Positions 28,065 through 40,854 of a stretch of DNA of 64,000 nt are shown one piece after another (the stretch's first letter is position 1; each line of letters starts with the position of its first letter). Both the position numbers and the translations under genes were made by a program. The stretch comes from Chrysomallon squamiferum (Eukaryota > Animalia > Mollusca): NCBI GenBank assembly GCA_012295275.1, contig CM022668.1, positions 7,378,001 to 7,442,000 on the forward strand, written 5' to 3'. Below the pieces are notes generated by a model. It worked only from the letters and a program-made list of their open reading frames with translations. It was not told where the DNA came from and did no database searches.

Positions 28065-28286
28065 TATAATTGAAGATGTGGTACACCAGGAGGAAGAAAA
28101 GGCTAAAATTCTGTCCTCTCAGGAAGAGTTCAACAAGAACTGTTGCATTCGCTGCTGCAAAGTTTTCGGATTCTTTTTCAACCGCAAACAGGAGTGCAGA
28201 CTCTGCCATTTCTTCATCTGCAAAGGCTGTGGGATATACATGGACAAAGTGAAGGGTTACATATGTAACAAGTGTTACACTGAAGA
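28065..28286 (+). CDS. MYRIP: MyRIP-like coding exon 2: FYVE-like zinc finger of the Slp-homology domain
   Basis: Acceptor tttcag| at 28064, donor GA|gtaagt at 28287, 222 nt, phase 2-2. Encodes (S)IIEDVVHQEEEKAKILSSQEEFNKNCCIRCCKVFGFFFNRKQECRLCHFFICKGCGIYMDKVKGYICNKCYTE with four CxxC pairs (CIRC, CRLC, CKGC, CNKC). Confidence 0.95.
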
Positions 28287-28553
28287 GTAAGTAGGTTGTC
28301 TCCCTTCACAGAAGTTTTTTGTTTAAGAAGGTTTAAAAAAAAGAAGAAAGAAGATTAATTAGGTTCATTGATTTTTTTTTATAAAATTTTTAAAAAATCA
28401 AAATTGTTTTTATTATTATAATTTTTTTTTTAATTTATGATTAAATTTATTGTTGTTTTGGATTTTATCCAACTAATCTTTTATGTAGATTTTTTTTTTT
28501 AATAATTATTTTTAAAACTTTTTTTTGGTTTTATCCTATCTTGTTTCAGAAAT

Positions 28554-28584
<31 letters not shown>

Positions 28585-28735
28585 TTATTATTATTATTTT
28601 TGAATTTTTTTCTTTTTCTTTTTTTAAAATTATTTTAATGTAATTTAAATAAATATTTGATATAATCAAATTTTTGTGAATTTCAGTTTTTATTATTTAT
28701 TCATTCACTGTTGATTATTCATTAATGTGTGTCTC

Positions 28736-28785
<50 letters not shown>

Positions 28786-28883
28786 TGAGTGTGAGTGTGT
28801 ATGTATATATATATATATATATATACCCATATTAAAAAAATATTTTTTAGTATTTAACTTTGACTTTTACTTTGTTATTAAAG

Positions 28884-29026
28884 AAACCTGAAGCTGCAGT
28901 CGTGCGAATGGTTCTACAACGCTGTCAGTCAGAGGTTTCAACGTTTCGGCAGCGCCAAGGTTGTCAGGTCTCTTTACAAATGTAAGGCAAATAAAAGGAA
29001 GGATTCGGGGTCACAGTTGTGGGGCT
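28884..29026 (+). CDS. MYRIP: MyRIP-like coding exon 3: SHD2 motif; 3' end either 28981 or 29026
   Basis: Acceptor ttattaaag| at 28883. Encodes (E)NLKLQSCEWFYNAVSQRFQRFGSAKVVRSLYK[CKANKRKDSGSQLWG], matching the SxEWF/YY...RFGSAKV signature of MyRIP/melanophilin. Two donors, gtaagg (28982) and gtaagt (29027), both phase 1. Not in the ORF track. Confidence 0.9.
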
Positions 29027-29173
29027 GTAAGTCAGTTGTTGTTGTTGTTGTTTGACTCGCATGGGCTTTCACTGGTTTGTATTCCCAGTACATCCTCGTT
29101 CAAAACATTGCTGTTGGCTTTTACTAATGCCATGCTTGAAGTTCTGACCATTTTATTAATAGAAAGAGTGTGT

Positions 29174-29652
<479 letters not shown>

Positions 29653-29806
29653 CATAAAATTTATTGTTGTACTTGTGTTTTGTATTTAATTTACCCTACT
29701 AATATTTTATATAGTATTTGGTTCATAATTTTAAACCAAATTACAAATTTTGATTTATATTTTCCTATTTTGATCTAGAAATGTTATTTATTTATTTATT
29801 TATTAC

Positions 29807-29863
<57 letters not shown>

Positions 29864-29864
29864 G

Positions 29865-29899
<35 letters not shown>

Positions 29900-30975
29900 C
29901 TATTAATATTGTTGTTTTTGTCACTAATATGTTTATTGTACTGTTTATTATTATGTTGTTGTTGTTGTTATTGTTGTTAATATGTTTTGTTACCATTTAT
30001 TTATTAATGAGATTTTTATAATACTGTTATAATTACCTTCTTCTAACATTAAATATAATTTCAGTTATCATTTTATTAAACCATTACAGTCCTAAACATT
30101 TAATACAATTTTTTTTAGCCTACTTTTAATCTTTTATTGACTGTAAGTTCCTGTTTATGCATTTGGTATGTGGTTACTGATCTGATGTGTGAGGGTGTGT
30201 GTGTGTGTGTGTGTGTCTGTGTGTGTGTGTGTGTGTGTGCATACCTGTTTATGTGTATGTATGTGTATGTGTGTGTATGTGCATGAAATGTGTGTTTTTA
30301 TGTATATGTGTATGTTTGTGTTTGTATGTGTATGCAAAGATAAAAGAAAAATAATATTAAAAATAAAGATTAACATTTTGAAATACTAGGAGGATAGTTA
30401 TATATATTTATACAAAAATGAAAAAGGCTTTTATATGCACTTAATTAAATTTTGTAATATTAAACAGTAAAAATATTTTATGTTTAGCTATTAAATTGGT
30501 ATTCATTAGAAGTATGTAAAACAAATGAATTTATATGAAACAGTGTAGAATATTGTTATAGAGTAATTTAATATTTACTGCAATGGGTATGATTACATTG
30601 TATTAAATTGTGTATTACACTGTAATAAATGTGTATTACATACAATGTGGACTTAATACAGAATAAATAATTAAAATTTTCTGAAATAAATAAATCAATT
30701 ATTTGTGTTGATGTATGTAAAAAAAAAAAATAAGCAAATAAATAAACAATATCCCTTTTAAAGTAATAAGTAAATCATTATAAAAAAACAAATTAAAATA
30801 AGAAATGAATATAAATAAATCATTATAAGTAGGTAAATAAATGAATAAATAAATAAATAGAAATAAATAATGTTTTTTTTAATAGGAAAATTAAATTAAA
30901 ATGAAAAAATAAAAAAATAAAAAAATAAAATAAAAAAATAAATAAAAATAAAAACCAATAATGATGATAATAATG

Positions 30976-31023
<48 letters not shown>

Positions 31024-31494
31024 ATAATTTTTTTTTTGCTTTTGAAATAAATAAATAAACTCATTTTTGTATATGTGAGTGTTTAAAGAGACAGAATTTT
31101 TTTTTAGTAAAGGTCATTAATTTTTCAGTCAAATAAATGAAAAATAATTAAAAAGTTGAAGTTTCAATGTTGTACATTAAATCAGCTGATAGTAAAAAAA
31201 TTACATATGCAATATTAACATAGCAGATATGTGATATTGATAAAATAAACAAACAAATAAATATAAAAGTCATTAATTTTGGTATTTGAACTAATCGATA
31301 GAATGAAAATTTTGAAGTTTTATATATGTAAACTTATTGATTGGTACGAGACTTCAGTTGTGTTTTATTGATTATAAAAACTTGGAGCCATATGTCAGAG
31401 TCATAGAAGTTCTCACCCATTAAAAACCACATCCACTTCTAGGGGAGTGCCTGCTGGCTGATCTAGTGGGGAGGGGCCCTGTGACCATAATTAA

Positions 31495-31870
31495 AAATGG
31501 TGATAATTATAGGGAGGTGACTGGTGATGTTAACAGGTGACTGGTGACAATTTTTGAATCATACTGCATATTTGTAGAATGGTTATTGGTGACATTTTAA
31601 GATGGTGACACATAATTCTAAAATATGACAGTATGGTGTTGACAGGTCTAATTTGGTGACTGGTGACAATTTTAAAATGGTAATTTTTTGCTGTATGGTG
31701 ACAGGTGACATTCTAGGATGGTGAAAACAATTCAAGACTGGTGACAGTTATTGTATTTTGACAATTTTAGAATGGTGACTAATTCTAGAACACAGACTGG
31801 TGAGAATTCTGGAATTGCTAATCATAATTCTAGACTGGTCACTGGTGACATTTCTAAAGTGGTGACACAT
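31495..31870. repeat. Degenerate GGTGAC-rich minisatellite (GGTGACTGGTGACAATTTTAGAAT-like)
   Basis: More than a dozen GGTGA(C) cores spaced by short AT linkers. Confidence 0.7.
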
Positions 31871-33047
31871 AACTGCAGAGTATTAACATTTAAAGAAACA
31901 ATAAGAAAATATAAGAAAATAACAAATAATACACACATGTATAACTGTATGGATTTTGCTATTTTAATACAACTTTGATATATATTTATGTATTTATATA
32001 TTCATGTATCATTTAATAATTGTTATTAATGTCAGAATCATGAGTAAATTTCTTCACATTGAAATAATTTTTCAAATATCCAGGTAAAGTGACACCTGTG
32101 TTTATTATCTCAACATCAGGCACACCTGAATAACACCTCTATTTATATCACCTGCATGACGAGCAAGAGTTACTCCCCTTTATCAATTAAATCCCGTACT
32201 GTTACTGTTCGTTCATGCAAAACATGGTTGGTCATGCAGAACTATATATAGAAAGTATAACATTCTTGTAAACAAAACATTACTAAGTAACAAATCATGA
32301 ACTGAAATATAATACGATGAAACAGAACAATGTCTAACAACAAATATGCGTAAATTCTAAAATATGTTGAGACAAATGTTAAAAAAAACAACCCAAAAAT
32401 AATAATTAAAAGAATAAAAATCAGGTTTATCAAGAAAGAAATTTTTGTCAAAACTGATATATTCTTAAAAAATACTTTAAAAGTTTAAAATTTTTATTTT
32501 GAATATATGTTTCTGTATGTGCGAGTGTTTTGTTTTTGTGTATGTAGTGATATATATATATATGTTATAAATATGTATTTTGTATTTTGTGTGTATAAAT
32601 ATATGTGTGTTTTTATGAAAGCATATTTGTCTGTGTATGCAGGTTAATATTTTAATCTGACTGTATAAATTTGTGGTCTAATTTACCTTTGCTTTTAATT
32701 AACACTAGTAGACATGTCCAAATTTTTTTTTACATTGTTTTTCAAATTATATACTTTTTAAAAACATTTCATTCTTAATCATGCTTAAATATAAAATATA
32801 AATAAAAAATAAATATAAAAAATAATATAATTTTACAAATTTATATATACATTAATATGTATGCATGTATGTATGTATGTATGTATGTATGTGTATTGTG
32901 CATGTATCTGTCTGTATGTATATGTGTTTGTGTGTGTATGTAGATAGATATATAGATGAATGGATATCAAATTTTAGATATAGATATAAACTATCATTTA
33001 TAATTCCCTCTTGCCAGTTAAAATGTGCAATTAATATTTTGATTTTA

Positions 33048-33180
33048 TTTTAACAGTATATTTAACACAGTATCTTTAACACAATACATTTAACAGTATC
33101 TTCAACACAATACATTTAACAGTACATTTAACAGCATCTTTAACACAATATCTTCACCCCAGTTCATTTAACAGTATATC
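33048..33180. repeat. TTTAAC(AC)AGTA-type 12-14 bp repeat immediately upstream of the exon 4 acceptor
   Basis: 8 TTTAAC copies between 33049 and 33172. Confidence 0.8.
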
Positions 33181-33198
33181 TGACTATTACTTGAACAG

Positions 33199-33321
33199 CT
33201 GACAGTGAAGTGGACAGTGGGTACAGCCCATCACATTTCAACTCCCTCAACCAGACTCCCAGCAAAACACGACCCAGTCTTCAAGGAGTATTTGACATCA
33301 TAAAAAGTCACGATGACAGTG
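33199..33321 (+). CDS. MYRIP: Probable coding exon 4, Ser-rich linker (S)DSEVDSGYSPSHFNSLNQTPSKTRPSLQGVFDIIKSHDDS
   Basis: Acceptor ttgaacag| at 33198, donor G|gtaagt at 33322. 123 nt, phase 1-1, open in the frame required by exon 3, and GC-richer than its flanks. Confidence 0.75.
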
Positions 33322-34052
33322 GTAAGTCTTTGTTTTTATTCATTAGTAATGCTGTGAATAGGATAATGCTTGAGTTACTAGAGTGATAGATTTCGAAGAA
33401 TGATAGGTTCCAGGATCAATTCTCATCAATGTGCTGAATTTTTTTTTTTTTTTTTTAAATGTTTATTTTATTATTTTTATTTTTTTTTTTTTTTTTTTAA
33501 TGTTAAGGTAAGTAAATATTGGCTATTTTGTTGTTGTTTTCTTGTGTTTTTAATTTTTTTTTATAGATATTTAAATGTTTAAATATATTTTTTATGTTCA
33601 TTATCATTCAATGCTATTAGACATATTGACAGCCACTATATATCATATAGTAATGTCAAAATAAAATAAACAAAATATACAAGTTTCATGTATCTTGTAA
33701 TGATTTTTCATTTCTTTTATTTATTTTCAATTTTCATTTTTATTAAAAATAATATTTGTTCATATCTGGAAAGCTATATAACATTACCTAGTTCAATATT
33801 AAAATATTCATATTTTTTGCAAATGTTGTATAGTCAAATATAAAGGGAAATAACTCTTGAAGAACTTGTATTAACAGTGACATTTTGGTAAAACAAACTT
33901 ACCTTGCTTAATATATATGTGTGTGTATATATAGATATCTATCTATATATAGATAGATAGATATATATGCAAATAGAGAGAGCAAGAGAGAGAGCAAGAG
34001 AGAGAGAGCAAGATAGAGAGAGCAAGAGAGAGAGCAAGAGAGAGAGAATGCG

Positions 34053-34129
<77 letters not shown>

Positions 34130-35259
34130 TTTTTCAGAGGGAACAAAATTATTTTTAATAAATTTTAAAATATCCTGTGTTATAAAATTTATTACAGCTG
34201 AAGTGCTTCTTTGAAATTGATATATTTGATTTATTTATTTACCTTGATTTATTTATTTTTATTGTTATCTGTAGATAAATACAAATTTATCATGGGCATA
34301 TATTTTCCACTGTATCATATCCAACAGTTCATTTGATTTTGTACATAGGTAGTTATAAATAATCATTTTTTATTTGCAAACTTGATAAATTGGTTAAATG
34401 GACTGTTTTATTCTTGAATATTATCTGTGATTAGAAGACTTATATTTTGATAATGATTTCTAAAATGTAAATATGACAAATATCTTTAGCAGAGATATTC
34501 ACACAAACACATACAAATTTTTAAAATCTTCAGCAGTGTCTTATACATTAAAAAAACAAAAAAACAATTTCCTTCTTTCTTAGTCTTTGTTTCTTTAGTT
34601 TCTTGTGTTTTTACTTTTAAAAATATTTCAGAACTGGTTCTGTGACAAAGTTTTGTCATACTTAACCCCACATTGTTCCTCAACATCCACCCCCAAAAAA
34701 AAAAAAAAAAAAAATACTGTTTCTATGGAAACAATGATAAATTTCTAACACATCTCAATTACTTCAACATTAAACCTACATGTTAAAGTCTTCAAGTCTT
34801 GTACAAATTTTGCTGAAACTGCAACATCAGCCACATTGTAAGACATTTTACAACTACTGCAACATTTTGCTGTTGTCCTAAAACAAATGTTTGTTACCTT
34901 CTACTGATTGTCACTTGAAAACAGAAGTCTTTTTTTTTTTACATGAATCTGTTTCTTCTGAAATTGTTTTCGTGTTTTTTTTCTCTTTCGTGGTTTGTGA
35001 AATGCCACAGAGGGTTCATTCCATTTGTGTTTGTTGATGAGGGAGAAGTTCACAAACTGTAAACAAAGACTAGAGGCCTGAATTAGGATGTTTATTTTTG
35101 TAAAATAGAGGTTCAATATGGGTATATCTTTTTCTTTTTATAACTAAAAATAAAATTAATCAAAATATTTATTATTTATTTATTTATTATTGTTGTTGTT
35201 GTTGCCATTTCCAAAATTACTGAAAAATGGTTAATAATGTAATGTTATTTACTTCTGAA

Positions 35260-35700
35260 ATGTAAAGGGAGATAACTGAAAAAGGGGAAGTAATGCCAGG
35301 GATTAAGTATCTTCTTGTTAAATATGAATAATAAAATTGAATAATATAACTGAAAGAATTTGCTTGGTAAGATAAATCATAAGATCCAAGAGTAGATAAC
35401 TGAGAATGGGGAGGTAATTAGTGTTATTTATTAGATGAAAGGTGAATAATTACATTAAAGGGAGATAACTAAGAACAGGGAGATAATTATTTATTATTTA
35501 AAAGCGAAATGTAAAAACAAATATGGAGAAAGGGAATATAATTAGTTTTCTGTGAGTAAATGAAGAAAAACTACAACAAAGCAGATAATTGAAAATGAGG
35601 AGGAATTTTAAACATTATTTGTTAGTTAAAGGTGAAACAGTAAATGTAAAGGGAGATAACTGGGAATAGGGAGGTAATTACATCATTTTTAGTTAGGTTT
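35260..35700. repeat. Decayed tandem array with AAGGGAGATAACT core
   Basis: Core at 35265, 35458 and 35649, with weaker subunits in between. Confidence 0.65.
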
Positions 35701-35920
35701 AAGGTGAATTAGAGAGATGAAATACTTGACAGTAAGTGAAATCACACCTGACATTAAGAAAGTTTCACATAAAGTGCAAACTGTCTCTCAGTTCATTGTT
35801 TATTTACAAAAAGAACGTGAAACAAAAATAACACCTTTGTGTCTGCATGTATTTATATCTAATTTTTGTATTTATATCTCACTGTTTATGTGTGTGGGTC
35901 TGTGTTATGTGCATGTATGA

Positions 35921-35968
<48 letters not shown>

Positions 35969-36051
35969 ATTGTGTGTAGGTGTGTGATTATTTATAAAGG
36001 TTCAATTTTTTTCTCTGTTTAGCTCTGTTACTTTCTCTCTCTCTCTAACTA

Positions 36052-36113
<62 letters not shown>

Positions 36114-36607
36114 CCTCCCTCCCTCCCTCTCCCTCTCCCTCTCTCTCTCTCATAGCTGTATAAGTTGATATCTTTGAAATTAGCACATTAAAAAACATCA
36201 GATAAACTGACAACCTGATACCTTTTTGTCTACAAAATATTTCTAAATATTCATTATTAAAATAATGTAACAAGTATTAGCTTCATAACAATACACCTGC
36301 ACGTACAATCCAGTGCTTGGGTTTGATCCCCATACCTCTGTGTTCTTGACACAAAGGCTCTGTACTTGGCTAACAAGATGTTTTGAGTTTTAAACGTAAT
36401 AATAGTGACATCTGTGTGTCTGGTTCTGACATTTAATACCAGAGTCACACCCATCGTTTTGTCACCAGGTATATAAACCTATATTCTTATCACCTGGGTC
36501 AGGTGTATCTATCACACGTGAGTAATTACCTGGTGACCAGGTAGATCTCAGTTCTGCATATTAATAAGCTGAGAACAGATTTCTTTTAACTTGAAAATTA
36601 GATTATG

Positions 36608-36708
<101 letters not shown>

Positions 36709-37625
36709 CAAAATACACAAGAGAGGAGAGGAACAGAAGAAGAGAGAGAAAGAAAAATGGGAGAAATGGAGATAGAAAGAGAGGAGACAGAGAAAGAATG
36801 TTTTGGAAGAATGAGGAAAGGAAATGAAAGAAAGAATGATAGAAAAAGAAAGAATGATTGAAAGAAAGGGCTAAGACAAGTGTGAGTGAATTTAACCAAA
36901 GCAATATACACCTGACTGATATATAATAACATACAGACTGAGATTTCATAATAAATCAAAATATTTTAAACTTTTTTTGAAAATGGGTAAAATTATCTTG
37001 TATATTTTAGTATGTGTGTCTTTGTCTGTGACTGTTTCTGTGTCTGTGTGTGTATATATATTTTTTCTTTCTTCTTTTTCATATTTTGAAAATATTTTCA
37101 CCAAAACTAAAACATTTTACTACAAAATATTCTGCCCTTGTTTACACAAATCAACATTCTTTGAAGTAAGTCTTCAAATACTTTAAACTAAAAAAAAAAA
37201 GAAGAAGATAAAAAGAAGGTCTTATGTCAACAGAAAATATCTGTGTCTTTACAGGCTTCTGTTGAAATGCTTGTCAAGCAAGTTCTAATTAGAATCAGCC
37301 CCATACAAAACAAGTTTGTATCTCACAGCCAGCGCTCACATAATTTTTATATTCACCTCCCACAACGATCATAATGGCCAAGCTCCCTGCATTGTGTTTC
37401 TGTCATTATGTCCATGCTAGATAGTGATCACCATTGTTAGAACTATAAACAATGCTGGGAGATGCCAGACTTTCTGAAAACAATAAACAGTGTTAATGTG
37501 TGTGTGTGTGTATATATACAGGTTTATAGTGAATTATTGTAAATTCAAAATTTTTTCAAAAATATTTTTATACAAACACATGTATCTAATTTATGCAGAC
37601 ACAGATACACATGCACATGTATTCA

Positions 37626-37660
<35 letters not shown>

Positions 37661-38957
37661 ACACACACACACACAAACATATGCAGGCACACATACCTAT
37701 ATATTTAGATAAATACACTTAGTATTCATACTTACAGAGCTATACATACACACACACAAACTTATATAGATATCTGTACTTACATGAATACTTGCATGCA
37801 TGCATACATAATACATAGAGCAGTAGACACACACAGACACAAACACACACATATCTGTATATTGCTAAAAGCTTTATTTAGATCTGTTAGTATATAAGAT
37901 TTAATTAATGTTTTTTAATAAACATTGTAAAATGTTTGTCTCTGAAGGATATCATGGTTATTGTACAAGGAATAGTAGATCTCTGTATGATTAATATTAA
38001 CAAATGGGATGGTGGTCAAACTCCCTGTATTGATTTTCTATGATGGGCTGATAACTTCTCACTGTAATTAATACAAAAGGCATAAACATTTCTGGAAGAT
38101 AACTGACATAATTATTAACATGATAAATAGAGTAAACAACATATATATATATATAGATAGATAGTGATAATTACAAACACTAATTTAGATAAGAAAATTT
38201 TACTTTTGTTATTCACAATTGTTTTTCCTGTTCTGACCACTAAATGATTAATAATTATTATTCATAAACAGTTCAGTTTTAATTAATGATAATGATATAT
38301 TAGAAATACATTAAATTTTATTATGCAGTTCATTTTTTTTTTCTGTCCCATCCACTAAGTAATAATAACAACATTAGTAAGAAATATTTTAAATTATATT
38401 ATTTATTTGTGTTTTTTCAGTTCAAAATACAGAATAATTAATGTTTATTTTTAACAACTTTGAGTTGTAATCAATACTAATGATACATTAAACAGGAATA
38501 TCTTAAATTTTAATATTCTTTTCAACATTTTCCTGTTTAAAGAATTTAAAAAAAAAAAGTTCATTTTTTAATAAGACAAAATCAAATTCCTCACAAAATT
38601 AATTTTTTCTACTTCATAGACACCACACATTTCTAGAGTTAAGATGATTGTACAGTTGTTAGACATGCTAGGAGATTATCAGGTGCAAGTTGTTGTTGTT
38701 GTTGTTGTTGTTACTTTTGATACATAATCTGGGATCAGTGTCAAACTCCTTGCATTGAATTCCTGTCACATCTGCAGTACTCACAATATGACCATAATAT
38801 GACAAATATAAACATTGCTGGGAGAAGTATGTACCACAAACACTATAAAACAATTTATATATATAAAATATATATACATATATATATACATAATTTCACA
38901 GTCACCAATATCATAGTATTTTAAAAAAAAAAATTCAATAAATAAATAAATAATAAA

Positions 38958-39014
<57 letters not shown>

Positions 39015-39033
39015 ACAACATCAACAACAACAA

Positions 39034-39098
<65 letters not shown>

Positions 39099-39211
39099 TT
39101 TTTATTATTATTATTGGTTTTTATTTTAACAAATAAACATTGCTGGGAGCATTCTAATTCCACTCACCCACTTGCAAAAAAAAAGTCAGGCCCAAGTGAA
39201 TCCCAGCTATT

Positions 39212-39253
39212 TGACCTCTGACCCCGTGATGTCATCACATCAGTGTGCTCAGT
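39212..39253. promoter_or_regulatory. Candidate internal promoter: nuclear-receptor DR1, palindrome and Inr-like motifs
   Basis: TGACCT-C-TGACCC 39212-39224, palindrome GTGATG-T-CATCAC 39226-39238, TCAGT at 39240 and 39249. Confidence 0.4.
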
Positions 39254-39472
39254 CCACTGCAGCCACACACAGGCAACCAGTCTAGTGTGACTGCTTCACA
39301 TGAAACAGCTCTGTGTGTCATCCCTGTTTTTGTTTTGTTCCAACAACTGTGTGTTCTCTAGGAACTGTTCCACCGTTCATTTCGGATTCATTAGGTCTGC
39401 GTTTCACCACTAACCTGTTGTGACATTGTTTAAGCTGGTACACAAACATCGGTGTATTTATAAAACGAAATT

Positions 39473-40484
39473 TACCTGGAGAGGTGAACACCTGTGATTA
39501 TTACCTGTACTTTTTTTTTACCTGGATGTTGGATATGGATTTTCATTTGTTACTACATTATGTGTGTGAGTAATGGGTGACACATTGTAAGTTCTATATT
39601 TGTGGACAGGTAAACATTTGTTACCTGGATAATTATTTTTATTTTTTTAAAAGCTTCGTTTTTTCCTTTCCAGTTGTTGTGAACTAGTTATGTTTGATTA
39701 CCTATACAGGTAACAGTATTACCTGAGTTTTAACACCTGTTGCATTTGAGCTCTGTTGATTTGGATAATTCTGAATAATCAGGATCTGCTTTGCCTTACT
39801 GTCATTTTAAAGCAAAGAAAAAATAATAATTTATAAAAGAATTAAAAATTTGTGTAAAATATTAAAACAAATACCTGAATTTTAAAAATTGTTTTTACCT
39901 GTTTTATGAATGGACAGATGAATTGTTTATAAAAAAATTGTCAGGTAAATAATTCTCTAAGATCACCATGTCCAGGTATTCAGGTTAAATGGACAGTGCG
40001 GAGGTAATATTTACCTGTTGTTAACGATTTGATTGTATTGGGCAATTTCAACAATACAGGTAAACATTGCAGGTAAAAATCTGCTTCACTCTTTTCCTGT
40101 TGTCTTTGAGAAATTCTCCAATTTATTGTACAGTGACAGGTGAAAATTTACCTGTAATTTACACCTGTTTTATTCCAAGTTTTCATTAGTTTGCATTGTG
40201 TGGATAAACCAATGGAATGATTTTCCTGAAAAAAAATAAATTTTTAAAATTAAAAAAAAATTAAACTTGCATTGTAACAGTTTTATGATCAGGTATAAAT
40301 TTGCCTGCAGTTATCACCTGAAACATTCTTATTACAAATATTCTACAATTTGGATTTAAAAATATTATCTAAAAAAAAAAGGAAGAAATTTAAAAAAGAA
40401 CTGACCTAGATTTGACATTCTGAAATGTGCTGCATAATAAACATAAATGGCCAGGTAAAAAAATTTACCTGAGTGAAACACCTG
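39473..40484. promoter_or_regulatory. Dense homotypic cluster of CAGGTA/CAGGTG motifs on both strands (ZEB/Zfh1- or Snail-type sites)
   Basis: 24 occurrences counted by eye in ~1010 bp, many arranged as CAGGTR-N6-9-TACCTG inverted pairs. Confidence 0.6.
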
Positions 40485-40558
40485 TCGCTCTGACGAGTTT
40501 CGGATTGTGTGGATGGAGAGAAAATGAGAGAGATAAAGCTCGTTAGTCGCAATGCACA

Positions 40559-40619
40559 ATGATTCGAGGCCGAAAAGAGGGCAAAACTTACTCAACCTGG
40601 TTCATAGGCTTTGATCATG
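40559..40619 (+). CDS. Candidate internal first exon D, coding part MIRGRKEGKTYSTWFIGFDH- (isoform lacking the Rab-binding domain)
   Basis: Donor ATG|gtgagt at 40620. ACA-ATG start follows an in-frame TAG (40544), and the phase-1 end is in frame with 52826 and 63099. Seven CpGs in 40485-40575 against a CpG-poor background. Confidence 0.5.
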
Positions 40620-40773
40620 GTGAGTCGTTTTATTCTTCTTCTTCTTTATCTCGTTCTCATTGTTCTTCTTCTTCTTGTTGTTATGGCTATTATTATTATT
40701 CTTCTTATTAATATTATTATTACTATTATTGTTACTATAATTATTGTTATGAATGTTGTTTTTGTTATTATGA

Positions 40774-40854
<81 letters not shown>

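Noticed and set aside
33199-33206. Alternative acceptor ctgacag| at 33205
   Set aside because: Shifts frame relative to the phase-1 donors and reaches TAA at ~33301.
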